Source of the DNA: Parcubacteria bacterium C7867-005 | GTDB lineage: Bacteria > Patescibacteriota > Minisyncoccia > Phycocordibacterales > Zambryskibacteraceae | Direction of reading: 5' to 3' | Length of the DNA stretch: 64,000 nt | Assembly (NCBI GenBank): GCA_001189165.1 | Contig: LFCO01000001.1 | Span: 221,592-285,591 of the forward strand | Shown here: one piece after another, positions 1-10,200 of the stretch | How the letters are laid out: every line of letters begins with the position of its first letter | How positions within the stretch are numbered: the stretch's first letter is position 1 | The notes under the pieces: model-generated | Told to the model about the DNA's origin: nothing | Database searches by the model: none | Seen by the model: only the letters and a program-made list of their open reading frames with translations | Made by a program: the position numbers and the translations under genes

Positions 1-2707
1 TTGGATTTGCGAGAGCTAATATTTTATAAAATACTAATTGTCTAAAATAATCACCGTTTGAGTTTTTGGTTTCTCCTTTTATCTCATTTACTGACATGGC
101 CTGCTTACTCTTATAATCAAAAACTGATAGCGTGTCCCCCTTATCGATAATCACGTCAAGCTTCCCATGAATTGGTATGTATAAACCCTCTTCTACGGCA
201 TTTGCCTTGTGGCTTGCTTCTAACCATTTTTCTGTATAAACCGTGCCACTTGACTTCAGATGTGCGCCAAGCTCTCTGGCGACGATTGGTGCGTCCTCGT
301 TTATATCTTGTTTAACCAAATCCTTATCCTCGCTTGATAAAAAGGTGTCATCTACGCTCCTTATTCCCATCTCTGTTATTATTTTCTCTATCTCCAGATT
401 ATCCAAAACAGATCTGTTCTCCTTGGTCCATATATGCGAAAGTGCCTCATGCATAGCTGTCCCTCTGGTAGAGCTAATGCTCGGTGCTTGTGGCATCTTG
501 AGGATACTTTCATAGATAAATTTATTTGGGCACTCGAGGTAATGATTTAGAGCGGTAACAGAGAGTCCGTTCTTCATCAAAAGATCTTTGGCCAAGGCTA
601 AAACCTTAGAATCATAATTACTTTGATTATTCTGTTTAACCTCTGGGTTAATGTTGATTTGCATTCTGGGAATACTTACGGAGGTCGCTCCAGACTCTAT
701 CTCCGCGACAAACCGAAGCGGCGTGAGTGCTTTGCCATCAGATTCTTCAAGTGGAGTTAGAACGATCACGTGCTTTTTGGCTCTAGTAAGTCCAACATAG
801 AAAAGTCTCCTGGTGTCTTTGATATCACCACCCAAGACATCTTTGGTAGGGAGAATAAACGAACTACCATGATTTCTACCTACCCACGCTTCCTCTGTCG
901 CAAAAGGTATGAATACATAATCGAACTCGAGCCCCTTTGATCCATGGGCCGTCAGTGCCTTGATACGGAGATCTGGTGCCCCCACACTGACCTTCACCGC
1001 CTTTTCTTTGGCAGACTCTCTGTAGGCAAGCATTGATCCAAGGAGTTCGTGTGGATTTTCTATTTCTGCCTCACGGGTCAATGATTCAGCCAGAGAAACT
1101 ATACCTCTCCAGACATAAACATATGATGGATCTTTAGAAACCAGACCCGCAAAACCACTGATTTGAGCAAGCTTAATGATAAATTCTATTGGTCCACAAG
1201 ATATTAGGTTAGACCGTATTTCTTTAAGAGCCGGTTCTATGGTTTGTAGTTCATTAAATTTTCCCGCTTTAAGTGCCCTGGATAAATTGATGCTTTGGTC
1301 AAAGCGGAGGTTCCACATGTCTGTCGTCAGGGTTCGAGCCAAGTACTCATACCTATCATTTTCATTTACAAAAGTGATCAGATCAAAAAACATGACCCCG
1401 ATTGGGTGGTGGAAGATATCGACACTCCTTTCTGACGACACTGGTATGGTATTGAATTCTAAAAGCTTTATCACTCTTTCTAAGTCTTTGTTTCTTTTAG
1501 TGATAATCGCAATACTTGCATCTGGTTCATCGGTTGAAATCCTCTTAAGTTCTTCGACTAAATAATTCTCCATGGTCCGAACATCTTCAACACTAACAAG
1601 TTCTATAGGTCTTTCGCTTTCTGAATTTTGAGATAACAATTTTATGCGCAAATCATCATGTTCTCCTTCTATATAGTTTTTTTCTATCACTGAAAAACTT
1701 GAATCAAGAATGCTTTGATGTGAACGATAATTAGCTTCAAGTGAAATAAGCTTCATCTCTGACCAACGTTTACGGAGAAGCAGGAAGTTTTCTACTGAAG
1801 CTCCTTGAAATCTGTAGATAGCTTGTTTTTCGTCTCCAACTATAAAAACATTTGGTGTCTCAAAAAACTCTGCGAGCAAGGAAATAATATAGTTCTGGGC
1901 ATCGTTGGTATCTTGGTGTTCGTCAACCAAGATATATAAGAATCTTTCTTGTAGAAGTCTAAGAAACAACTCATCGTTTTTGAGAGTTACCAATAAATTG
2001 ATGATCAGATCATCAAAATCTAACTTCTTGCTTTTCTTCTTCCCCTCCTCATATCTTTCATAGATATCCGCAAAAATAAGAGTTTTTTTACATTTCTCTA
2101 TTTTCTCCTCTGCATCCGCCTTAAGCTTTCCCTTAGATTTGCCACGAGTGGAGATGGAGTCCTCGTCTTTAGTAATACGATCTATTTCTTTATCAGCATG
2201 CTGTCTGACGTTTTCTGGAGTTATTGCATCTCGTTTACAATTACTAATACTACTTATGATCCCAGATAGGTATGCGTCTGGTTTACCGCTCGGTCTCAGA
2301 TCCTTAAACTTCTGATCTTCTAAAATATCTCTTACTAACATTTCTTTATCGACATCGGTCATCTGCTTCATACCATTTGTCTCGATAAAATGGTCTTGGT
2401 ATTCATTCATCATCGCTTTGGCAAAGCTGTGGAAGGTATGCATTTCTACCTCGTGCGCTCTGGTACCTATTAAGCCCCGGAGTTTTCCTCTCATAGCTTT
2501 CACTCCGGCATCTGTATAGGTTATGGCCAAAATGCCACTTGGTGGTGTATCTGTCTGTTTAAGAATGTTGGCTATACGTAAAGTCAAAACAGTTGTTTTG
2601 CCAGTACCTGGGCCGGCTACAACCATCACTGGGCCGTCTATGGTGTCTACAGCCTCCTTTTGACTCTTGTTTAAGCTCTTATATGCTTTATTAAAAATAT
2701 CATCCAT
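1..2707 (-). CDS. UvrD/PcrA-family ATP-dependent DNA helicase fused to a C-terminal PD-(D/E)XK (RecB/AddB-type) nuclease domain. Start at 2707; C-terminus runs off the window start.
   Basis: Manual minus-strand translation from the ATG at 2707. It shows Walker A GPGTGKTTVL, DEHQDTN (motif II), VGDEKQAIYRFQGA (motif III) and ANYRS (motif IV). Motifs V/VI read AHGSKGLEFDYVFIP and VGLTRAKKHVIV. The C-terminal part shows a nuclease motif GKLDVIIDKGDTLSVFDYKSK. The ORF track omits it because the ORF is partial. Confidence 0.8.
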   Translation of the reverse strand, partial: MDDIFNKAYKSLNKSQKEAVDTIDGPVMVVAGPGTGKTTVLTLRIANILKQTDTPPSGILAITYTDAGVKAMRGKLRGLIGTRAHEVEMHTFHSFAKAMMNEYQDHFIETNGMKQMTDVDKEMLVRDILEDQKFKDLRPSGKPDAYLSGIISSISNCKRDAITPENVRQHADKEIDRITKDEDSISTRGKSKGKLKADAEEKIEKCKKTLIFADIYERYEEGKKKSKKLDFDDLIINLLVTLKNDELFLRLLQERFLYILVDEHQDTNDAQNYIISLLAEFFETPNVFIVGDEKQAIYRFQGASVENFLLLRKRWSEMKLISLEANYRSHQSILDSSFSVIEKNYIEGEHDDLRIKLLSQNSESERPIELVSVEDVRTMENYLVEELKRISTDEPDASIAIITKRNKDLERVIKLLEFNTIPVSSERSVDIFHHPIGVMFFDLITFVNENDRYEYLARTLTTDMWNLRFDQSINLSRALKAGKFNELQTIEPALKEIRSNLISCGPIEFIIKLAQISGFAGLVSKDPSYVYVWRGIVSLAESLTREAEIENPHELLGSMLAYRESAKEKAVKVSVGAPDLRIKALTAHGSKGLEFDYVFIPFATEEAWVGRNHGSSFILPTKDVLGGDIKDTRRLFYVGLTRAKKHVIVLTPLEESDGKALTPLRFVAEIESGATSVSIPRMQININPEVKQNNQSNYDSKVLALAKDLLMKNGLSVTALNHYLECPNKFIYESILKMPQAPSISSTRGTAMHEALSHIWTKENRSVLDNLEIEKIITEMGIRSVDDTFLSSEDKDLVKQDINEDAPIVARELGAHLKSSGTVYTEKWLEASHKANAVEEGLYIPIHGKLDVIIDKGDTLSVFDYKSKQAMSVNEIKGETKNSNGDYFRQLVFYKILALANP

Positions 2708-2797
2708 TTGAGGCTATTTTAGCACAGTTAATTTCATACTTGACTTTTATCCCATTTGGTGCTATTATTAACGCAGACCATTCAAAGGAGACGTGTA

Positions 2798-3037
2798 ATG
2801 CGTATCAGCCCGACACTCAGAGTGATCAGGGACGCGTTCGTGTTCTACAAGGGATCCCTGCTCGTAGCCATGCTCGCAGCACCACTCTACCTTCTTGGTG
2901 GGATGTGCTTCGTCCGAGGCATCAAGCTCCTCGTCGAACCGATCTCGTACATGCCCGGCGCAGGAGCCATGCTCATCGCTGTCGGCGCAGTCATCTCGTT
3001 CTCCACCGCGCTCGGACATGTGTCCCTCCGCAAGTAG
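2798..3037 (+). CDS. Small (79 aa) two-TM membrane protein of unknown function, encoded in GC-rich islet 1. The ORF track gives 2756..3037, but the ATG at 2798 has an AAAGGAG Shine-Dalgarno 7 nt upstream.
   Basis: Hydrophobic stretches read LLVAMLAAPLYLLGG and GAMLIAVGAVISF. Third codon positions are GC-rich, with CTC leucines. A strong hairpin plus T-run lies downstream at 3137-3180 on the same strand. Confidence 0.45.
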   Translation: MRISPTLRVIRDAFVFYKGSLLVAMLAAPLYLLGGMCFVRGIKLLVEPISYMPGAGAMLIAVGAVISFSTALGHVSLRK

Positions 3038-3136
3038 CACCCTCACCCCCCCCCGCACATCCGTGCGGGGTTCAACGTATAGTAGACCGCAATGCGCCAC
3101 CTACCACCTACCCATCAACCTCTCCCCACCCTCTCT

Positions 3137-3165
3137 CCCGTGTCAACCTGGCAGGTTGACACGGG
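3137..3165. repeat. REP-like GC-rich palindrome, copy A. Copy B at 3794-3826 is the exact reverse complement.
   Basis: Copy A reads cccgtgtcaacctgGCaggttgacacggg. Copy B reads cccccgtgtcaacctgCCaggttgacacggggg. They differ only in the central loop bases, which shows inverted orientation. Confidence 0.7.
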
Positions 3166-3180
3166 GGTATCTTTTATTTG
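3137..3180 (+). terminator. Intrinsic terminator. It has a 13-bp perfect GC-rich stem (cccgtgtcaacct/aggttgacacggg) with a 3-nt loop, followed by tatcttttattt.
   Basis: Palindrome read directly from the sequence. The T-rich tract is on the plus strand only. Confidence 0.6.
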
Positions 3181-3210
3181 ACAGATAAGCAGTTTTATAT
3201 TATGGTAATA
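3176..3210 (+). promoter_or_regulatory. Candidate sigma70-type promoter for the 3348..3716 gene: TTGACA, a ~15-17 bp spacer, then TATTAT.
   Basis: tttgacagataagcagttttatattatgg lies immediately after the hairpin. Spacing was estimated by eye. Confidence 0.3.
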
Positions 3211-3347
3211 ACAGAAATTGGATTCTTGAGTTAGGCGCTTTGGCTGCATTTGTGTTGTTAAGGCGCTTAACTCACAGGATCCGATGGGGTCGCTGGTGAG
3301 TGTAAGCCCGCGAGCCCACGGGATGGGCGGTCCACAGGAGATACACC

Positions 3348-3716
3348 ATGTCCCCGCTCCCGCAGAACAACAGGTTCCTGAAGCTCACCCCAGAGAAGGC
3401 AGAGAGGGTGGCAGAGAACCTCCGCAAGAAGATCCAAGACAACCTCTGGCACCTCTCGGTTCCTGGGGATGGGGAGAATGAATACATTTCCAGGAAGCTC
3501 AACCAGCTCCAGGACATTCTCCGCCAGTTCCAGGAATTTGGTCACGAGGTGATCATCCTCGACGAGAGGGACTTCCCCGAACTCGCTGAGGCGATCGGGG
3601 TGCTCAAGCGCGGAGGTCTCAAGGATGAGATCCTCGACATCCTCTTCAGCCTCCTCGTGAAGTGCAAGGTTCCGAAGTTCGACGTTCTGAAGGAGAACAT
3701 TCTGAAGAACGCGTAA
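3348..3716 (+). CDS. Hypothetical 122-aa protein in GC-rich islet 1. Codon usage is strongly GC3-biased, rich in AGG, CTC, AAG and GAG.
   Basis: Intact ORF. It is followed by a 10-bp-stem hairpin (gagcccacag/ctgtgggctc) and ttcttatttatatata. It has no recognisable family. Confidence 0.5.
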   Translation: MSPLPQNNRFLKLTPEKAERVAENLRKKIQDNLWHLSVPGDGENEYISRKLNQLQDILRQFQEFGHEVIILDERDFPELAEAIGVLKRGGLKDEILDILFSLLVKCKVPKFDVLKENILKNA

Positions 3717-3732
3717 CCCGGCGAGCCCACGG

Positions 3733-3772
3733 AAGAGCCCACAGCTCCCTGTGGGCTCTTCTTATTTATATA
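3733..3772 (+). terminator. Intrinsic terminator downstream of the 3348..3716 gene.
   Basis: agagcccacagctccctgtgggctcttcttatttatatata. Confidence 0.6.
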
Positions 3773-3793
3773 TAGCACCTGAGCTCTTCCCCT

Positions 3794-3826
3794 CCCCCGT
3801 GTCAACCTGCCAGGTTGACACGGGGG
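3794..3826. repeat. REP-like palindrome copy B, in inverted orientation relative to copy A.
   Basis: 15-bp stem cccccgtgtcaacct/aggttgacacggggg with loop gcc. No flanking T-run. Confidence 0.7.
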
Positions 3827-3851
3827 CTAACATGGAAGGGTTGATGCAAGG

Positions 3852-4409
3852 CTAACTTGATCTTCTTAACATTAACTCAGGTTTCCCGGCGTTTTGCTCT
3901 GGTCCAAATTCTATCTTTAAACTTTTAAGAAGAGATCTTATTTCCTCCTTTGTGCTTGCAACCTCGTCATCTCCAACTTTTCCTATTTTTTCCACCTCCA
4001 TAAATAAACCGAGATTTTTTACATCTTCAAGAACAATTTCGTACTCCGGTGTTGTGTAGATATACTTTTCATTATCAATCCGTACTAATTCTTTTAATCC
4101 AAAATTTTCTACTATCTTGATTGCTGTTTCCAAATCCTCAATTTCTGTCTCATACTCATCTGAATGTGACCACTCTTCCAAAATAAAATGATCAATTTTA
4201 TATGCCATGGAGCATTTCTCACCTTTCTGTCTGATGCGGAAAGACGCAGATAGCCTGTTTTCTTCGTCTGGTTGCAGATTCTTCCTTAGAGGATCATAGA
4301 AATAAACATCTAAAGTTTTCTTTACTCCAAGCGAGTCAAAACCCCCTAAAGCTCTTAGTGCTGTCTCTTTATCACTCTTAACTTCTATGAGAATTTCGAT
4401 TTCCTTCAT
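3852..4409 (-). CDS. CYTH-domain protein (CyaB/thiamine-triphosphatase-like triphosphate tunnel metalloenzyme).
   Basis: N-terminal EIEILIEVK matches the CYTH ExExK signature. It is 185 aa and acidic. Confidence 0.6.
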   Translation of the reverse strand: MKEIEILIEVKSDKETALRALGGFDSLGVKKTLDVYFYDPLRKNLQPDEENRLSASFRIRQKGEKCSMAYKIDHFILEEWSHSDEYETEIEDLETAIKIVENFGLKELVRIDNEKYIYTTPEYEIVLEDVKNLGLFMEVEKIGKVGDDEVASTKEEIRSLLKSLKIEFGPEQNAGKPELMLRRSS

Positions 4410-4410
4410 T

Positions 4411-5664
4411 TTAATACCCCCTTAGTCTGTTTATCTTTTCGTGCTGGCGGATTTTTTCGTGGGCCTTGGCTTCGATCTGACGAATGCGTTCACGAGTGAC
4501 ACCGAATACCTTACCTACCTCTTCTAAAGTATGTGTATAGCCGTCGGTCAATCCGTGGCGCATTTCCAAAATCTTTCTTTCTTTTGGAGGAAGGTCGGAT
4601 AAAATCTCTTTGACTTGATCTTGGATAATCCTACGAGAAGATTCTTGATCTGGTGATAGGATTTTGTCATCGGCTAAGAAGTCTCCTAGTTTGGATTTAC
4701 CATCGTCACCATCATCACCAACCGGACTCTCGAGTGACACCGTGGACTGGTCGATCTTCTCAATCTGATAGATTTTATCTACATCGAGATTCATTTCCAT
4801 AGCTATCTCTTCCTGTAATGGTTCCCTACCCAAGTCCTGGGTTAATCGACGAACGACCTGTTTATACTTGGCAATAGTTTCAACCATGTGTACGGGCACA
4901 CGGATAGTACGAGACTGATCAGCAAGGGCGCGGGTGATGGCTTGGCGGATCCACCATGTAGCGTAGGTAGAGAATTTAAATCCTTTTGACCAGTCGAACT
5001 TATCTACAGCCTTAAATAGACCCAAGTTTCCTTCCTGAATCAGGTCAAGGAGAGTGAGGTCCGGTGAACGGTTAGCATACTTCTTGGCTATAGACACAAC
5101 CAAGCGTAGGTTCGCCTTTGCTAATAGGTTTTTAGCTTCCTCATCTCCTGCTTCGATCCTCTTGGCCAAATCCTTTTCCATACTTCCAGAAATGAGTGGG
5201 TACTGACCTATCTCCTTTAGATACATCTGTATAGAATCGTACGCGGAGTCTGATTTATTATAAGAATATTTTTTACCAGTTTCTTCTACTGGCATCTCGA
5301 GCAAACCTCCACTTTCCAGGATGTCTATACCTGATGTGTGTAGTTTTTCATACAACTCATCCAAGAAAATAATGTTCTCTTCGATAGTTGGAAACTCTTT
5401 TAGAATCTCATCATAAGTGACGAAACCCTTTTCTTTGCCTCGACTAATAAGTCGATTCATCCTTGTGTTGTCCTCTTGAGCCTTTTTTGATATCGGCCCT
5501 TTCTTTAGCTTGGCCTCTTTCTTTGGTTTTAAAATTTTAACCTTTGAAGTTTTTTTAACAGATTTTTTGACACCCTTAACCTTTTTTGCCACCTTCTTCA
5601 CCTTGACCACCTTTTTGGAGCTGGCCTGTTTGCGGCTATTCTTCTGTTTTTTATTTTTTGACAT
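4411..5664 (-). CDS. rpoD: RNA polymerase sigma-70 factor RpoD with a ~65-aa lysine-rich (histone H1-like) N-terminal tail.
   Basis: Region 2 reads ...[40 protein letters not shown]. Region 4 reads [23 protein letters not shown]. The N-terminus reads [30 protein letters not shown]. Confidence 0.95.
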   Translation of the reverse strand: MSKNKKQKNSRKQASSKKVVKVKKVAKKVKGVKKSVKKTSKVKILKPKKEAKLKKGPISKKAQEDNTRMNRLISRGKEKGFVTYDEILKEFPTIEENIIFLDELYEKLHTSGIDILESGGLLEMPVEETGKKYSYNKSDSAYDSIQMYLKEIGQYPLISGSMEKDLAKRIEAGDEEAKNLLAKANLRLVVSIAKKYANRSPDLTLLDLIQEGNLGLFKAVDKFDWSKGFKFSTYATWWIRQAITRALADQSRTIRVPVHMVETIAKYKQVVRRLTQDLGREPLQEEIAMEMNLDVDKIYQIEKIDQSTVSLESPVGDDGDDGKSKLGDFLADDKILSPDQESSRRIIQDQVKEILSDLPPKERKILEMRHGLTDGYTHTLEEVGKVFGVTRERIRQIEAKAHEKIRQHEKINRLRGY

Positions 5665-5676
5665 TCGTTGGTTATA

Positions 5677-7296
5677 TTACATTATTTTACGTTTCTCTTC
5701 ATCTACCTTACGATCTAGGTCGTGCAACTCTTTGGCTACACTTTCATCCTTATCATTGGCCTGAAGTTTAGCTTGGAGAAGAGACCTTTCTTCCTCAAAA
5801 TTTGCAAGGTTCAACCTGATCTTTAGCTCACTTTCTTCTTTTTGTATAACTTTGCTATTCTCATATTCTTCTGGGAACTCTTTCTTTAGGGATTCGATCT
5901 CTGCTAATCGCTTTTCAATATTTGCTCGTTTAGATGGCGGGGACGAATCCTCACTCACTTCTATTAAATTATCATTTTCTTCATTTGCTAATTCCTGTCT
6001 TAGCAAATCGGGTGCTTTTGTTTTTCTCAAATCCTCCCAGATAACTTCTTCTTTTATACCTGTATGTTTGGATATAATAGAAACAAAATGCGACCGTTCT
6101 ATAGAACTACTGAGAAGTACTAAGAGGGGTAGGAGCTTTTTCTCTATGACTTTGCCGATTTTTCTTTTGTCGGTTTCTTTGAGTAGGATTTGGGATAAAG
6201 TATGTTCGATAGCATGTTTGGCCTCTCTCAGAATATCTTTTAATTTATCTGGTGCCTCACATGCCAGGTCTGCTGGGTCCTGACCTTCGGGAAATTTAGC
6301 GACCTTTACCTCCATACCGAGCGAGAGGCCTAAAAGACTGCTCTTTTCGGCTGCTTTATCACCGGCCGTGTCACCATCAAAAGCCAAGAGTATTCTGCCT
6401 GAAAGCCTTTTCAAACGATCTAAGTGAGCGAGTGTAAACGCTGTACCGGATGATGCCACCGTATTCTTTATCCCCGCCTGATGTGAAAGTACCAGATCCA
6501 TCTGACCTTCGACTAGGATCGCAAAATTCTTCTTGCGTATATCGTCTTTAGCCTTATCTAAACCATAAAGCACTTCACCCTTAGAAAAGAGTAGTGTCTC
6601 TGGAGTGTTCAAGTACTTTGGTTGTAGATCTGAAGCGAGAGCTCTACCAGAAAAAGCTATGATGTGACCACTCGAATCTCCTATGGGGAAGATAATGCGA
6701 CCACGAAACACGTCGTACGGTTCTTTTTCTTTCTCCCCTTCTTTGATACTTTCTTCTTTTTGTTTGATCAAGCCAACCTTGAGCAAAGTATCTTTGCTGT
6801 GACCGAGTGAGGTGAGATAGACATACAGCAACCTCCATTCATCTGGAGCATAACCCAATCTCCATTCTTTAATTGATTCGTCGTTTATACCTCTGGATTT
6901 TAGATATTCATGAGCATCTTTGTTTTCCTTTAGATTGTTCTCAAAAAAGGTTGCTGCATCATCAAGCGCCTTGAAGAATTTATCTTTCTCTGTCTTGGAT
7001 TCACCGCTTTTTTGGTACTCGATCTCTACACCAGCTTTATCAGCAAGCATTTTGAGAGCTCCCTTAAAATCCACACCTTCCAGCTCTTGGACAAAAGAGA
7101 ATATGTCACCCTTCGCCCCGCAGCCAAAGCAATAGTAACCCTGTCTGGATTGAGACACAGAAAAAGATGCTGTTTTCTCGTTATGGAACGGGCATTTACC
7201 CTTGTAGTTTTGGCCCGCCTTATCGAGTTTTAGGTAAGAACTTATTACTTCGACTATATCTAGTCGTTCTTTGATGGAGTCGACTGTTCCTCGCAT
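5677..7296 (-). CDS. dnaG: DNA primase DnaG (zinc-ribbon + TOPRIM) with a C-terminal coiled-coil in place of a canonical DnaB-interaction domain.
   Basis: Zinc-ribbon region reads CPFHNEKTASFSVSQSRQGYYCFGCGAKGD. TOPRIM region reads EGQMDLV...AFDGDTAGDKA. The C-terminus is E/K-rich and heptad-like. Confidence 0.93.
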   Translation of the reverse strand: MRGTVDSIKERLDIVEVISSYLKLDKAGQNYKGKCPFHNEKTASFSVSQSRQGYYCFGCGAKGDIFSFVQELEGVDFKGALKMLADKAGVEIEYQKSGESKTEKDKFFKALDDAATFFENNLKENKDAHEYLKSRGINDESIKEWRLGYAPDEWRLLYVYLTSLGHSKDTLLKVGLIKQKEESIKEGEKEKEPYDVFRGRIIFPIGDSSGHIIAFSGRALASDLQPKYLNTPETLLFSKGEVLYGLDKAKDDIRKKNFAILVEGQMDLVLSHQAGIKNTVASSGTAFTLAHLDRLKRLSGRILLAFDGDTAGDKAAEKSSLLGLSLGMEVKVAKFPEGQDPADLACEAPDKLKDILREAKHAIEHTLSQILLKETDKRKIGKVIEKKLLPLLVLLSSSIERSHFVSIISKHTGIKEEVIWEDLRKTKAPDLLRQELANEENDNLIEVSEDSSPPSKRANIEKRLAEIESLKKEFPEEYENSKVIQKEESELKIRLNLANFEEERSLLQAKLQANDKDESVAKELHDLDRKVDEEKRKIM

Positions 7297-10200
7297 ATAA
7301 GTTTTTCTTTGTACCCACCCTTAAAGCCGGTACCTGCTGGGATCATACGACCGATAATAACATTTTCTTTCAAACCGATGAGTTCATCTTCAGCTCCACG
7401 AATAGCTGCCTGGATGAGGACTCGTGGCGTGTGTTGGAAGGAAGCAGCTGAAAGGAAGCTTGAGCGAGAGAGCGAAACTTCTGAGATACCCATGATAACT
7501 GAATCACCCTTGGACTCCTCTGTGCCCGCAGTCTTCATAGACTCGTTGGATTCCATATAATCTGAGACTTCAACAACATCTCCTCTGGTAAATTGAGTAC
7601 CACCAGACTGTCTAATCTTTCTTCTTGAGAACATTTGTCTGACGATCAATTCAATATGCTTGTGAGAAACTGCTGCACCCTGAAGTTCATAGAGTTTCGA
7701 AACTTCATGGATAATGTAGTTCTCTGTTTTTTCTTTCCCTGCATAACGGAATAGTTCGTCTAGGTCTGCTGAACCATCGGTCAAGAATTCCCCTTTCTTC
7801 ACTTCTGAACCAACTTTAACGATGAGGGTTCTAGTAGGACCAACCAAGTATTCATTATCAAGTTTCTTGGCTTTTGCTGTTTTGGCTTCACCGATATCAG
7901 GAGTGATGATAATTGTCCTCTCGTTACCCACCACTTGTATCTCTGTGACAGTACCATCAACATGCGATATTGAAGCTGGATTTTTTGGTTTTCTCTTCTC
8001 GAATATTTCTTCAACACGAGGGAGTCCTGCAGTGATGTCTCCAGCAACAGAGGCAACTCCTCCTGAGTGGAACGTACGCATAGTAAGCTGTGTACCTGGT
8101 TCACCGATAGCCTGAGCAGCAATAGTACCAACTGCTTCACCGAGCTCTACTACTTTGTTTGTACCGAGATCTGCACCGTAGCATTTGACACAGACACCGT
8201 GTAGAGACTTACAAGTCATAGGAGACCTTACATCCACAGCTTCTACCATCGCTTTGTCTATAATCTCTGCATCTTTTTTATGTATGAAGTGACCCTTCTT
8301 AAAGAGTACTGATCCCTTGCCGTCGATCACATCATTTGCCAAGAACCTGCCCTTCAATGTTTTGGAAAGAGGAATCTCTATACCCGAAGCAGTTTTCTTA
8401 CTGATAGTGGTAAATTCTTTAGTACCACAATCTTCCTCAGAAACAATCTCGTCCTGAGCCACATCGAAGAGTCTACGAGTTAGATATCCTGCTTTTGCCG
8501 TGTTTAGGGCGGTGTCGGTCAAACCCTTTCTTGATCCGTGGGTGGTGATAAAGTATTCGAGCGGAGTTAGGCCTTCTTTGTAACAAGACAGAATTGGGAA
8601 CTCTAGAGCATCTCCAGAAACATTCTGGATAATACCTTTCATACCCGCCATCTGGTTTAAGTTACCAAGGGATCCACGGGCCTTCGAGTAGGTCATGTCG
8701 TAAACAGAGTCTTTTGGACCAAGAGTAGCGGGGATAAGTGCCTCGACCTCTCCTTTGATTGACTGCCAGATCTCAACAGATTTCTGAACGCGTTCATTTT
8801 CTGAGAGAAGACCGTCATTGTACTGGTCGATAACTTTTCTAACTTTGTCCCTACCTTTGTCGATAATGCCTTGCTTGGCCTCAGGGATCTTTACATCATC
8901 TATACCCCAAGTGACTCCAGAATGTGTGGCATATTTGAAACCGAATTCCTTGATTCTGTCGATGATCGCAGGGATATTGGCTATGCCGTATCTCTCTATT
9001 AAATCATCAACCAGGTCAACCATTTTTCTTGAATCTACTTCGTAGTTCATGAATGCATAGTCTGATGGAAGGACACTGTTAAAGAGTAGTCGTCCGACGG
9101 TTGTCTCAAATATCTTGCCGTCAAAAGCTTTGTACTTCTCTGAATCTGTTGGGAGAATGTGAACTTTCGCTCGATAGCTTACTGCACCAAAATCATGTGC
9201 GGTGATAGCTGCATTTGGACTTGAGAAATACTTATCTTCTCCCTTTTCCCCAGGAATCATTCTGGTCATCCAGAACGAACCGAGAACGATGTCGAGCATT
9301 TTGGCTGAAACAACAGGCTCTCCGTTTCCAGGTTTCAAGATATTTTTATCCGCTGCCATGATCAGACGAGCTTCTGCTTGTGCCTCATCAGACAGAGGGA
9401 CGTGAACTGCCATCTGGTCTCCGTCGAAGTCTGCGTTAAAGGCAGTACATACAAGTGGGTGGAGCTGGATAGCGTTGCCCTCGATAAGCACAGGTTGGAA
9501 TGCCTGGATACCGAGACGATGCAGGGTAGGAGCACGGTTAAGGAGAACGTATTTACCACGAATTATTTCTTCGAGTATCGCCCAGACTTCAGGAATTGCA
9601 TCTTCTATTAATCTACGTGCACCTGGGATATTGAAAGCAAGTTCCCTCTTTAGAAGTTCGGAAATAATAAATGGCTTAAAGAGTTCGAGGGCCATGTGCT
9701 TTGGCAAACCACACTGGTGAAGCTTGAGTTCTGGACCGACGACGATAACTGAGCGACCAGAATAGTCAACACGCTTACCAAGCAGGTTTTGTCTGAACAA
9801 ACCACGCTTTCCTTTTAGGTTGTCTGAGAGTGACTTGAGTGGGCGTCTCTGTGACTGATTTCCTGCGGCTGTGCCGTGTCTGATGGTGTTGTCTATAAGT
9901 GCATCGACAGCTTCTTGCAGGATTCTCTTTTCATTTCTGAGAATAACATCAGGGGCACTGATATCCATGAGCTTCTTCAGGCGGTTATTTCTATTTATCA
10001 CTCGACGATAGAGGTCGTTCACATCGGATGTAGCGTATCTTCCTCCATCCAAAGGAACCATGGGACGAATCGCTGGTGGAATAACTGGGATACGGGAAAG
10101 GAACATCCATTCTGGACGGATACCTGCGCGCATCATCCACTGGATCGTGCTAGATCTCTTGTGAAGCCTTGCGAGTTCTGTAGAAGGTGCTTTCTCTAAC

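Noticed and set aside
2740-3545. Long ORFs on alternative frames or strands in islet 1 (2740..3159+, 2768..3100-, 2895..3188+, 3267..3545-, 3284..3481+).
   Set aside because: High GC suppresses stop codons, so overlapping spurious ORFs are expected. Only 2798..3037+ and 3348..3716+ have an RBS or terminator in the right orientation and protein-like composition.
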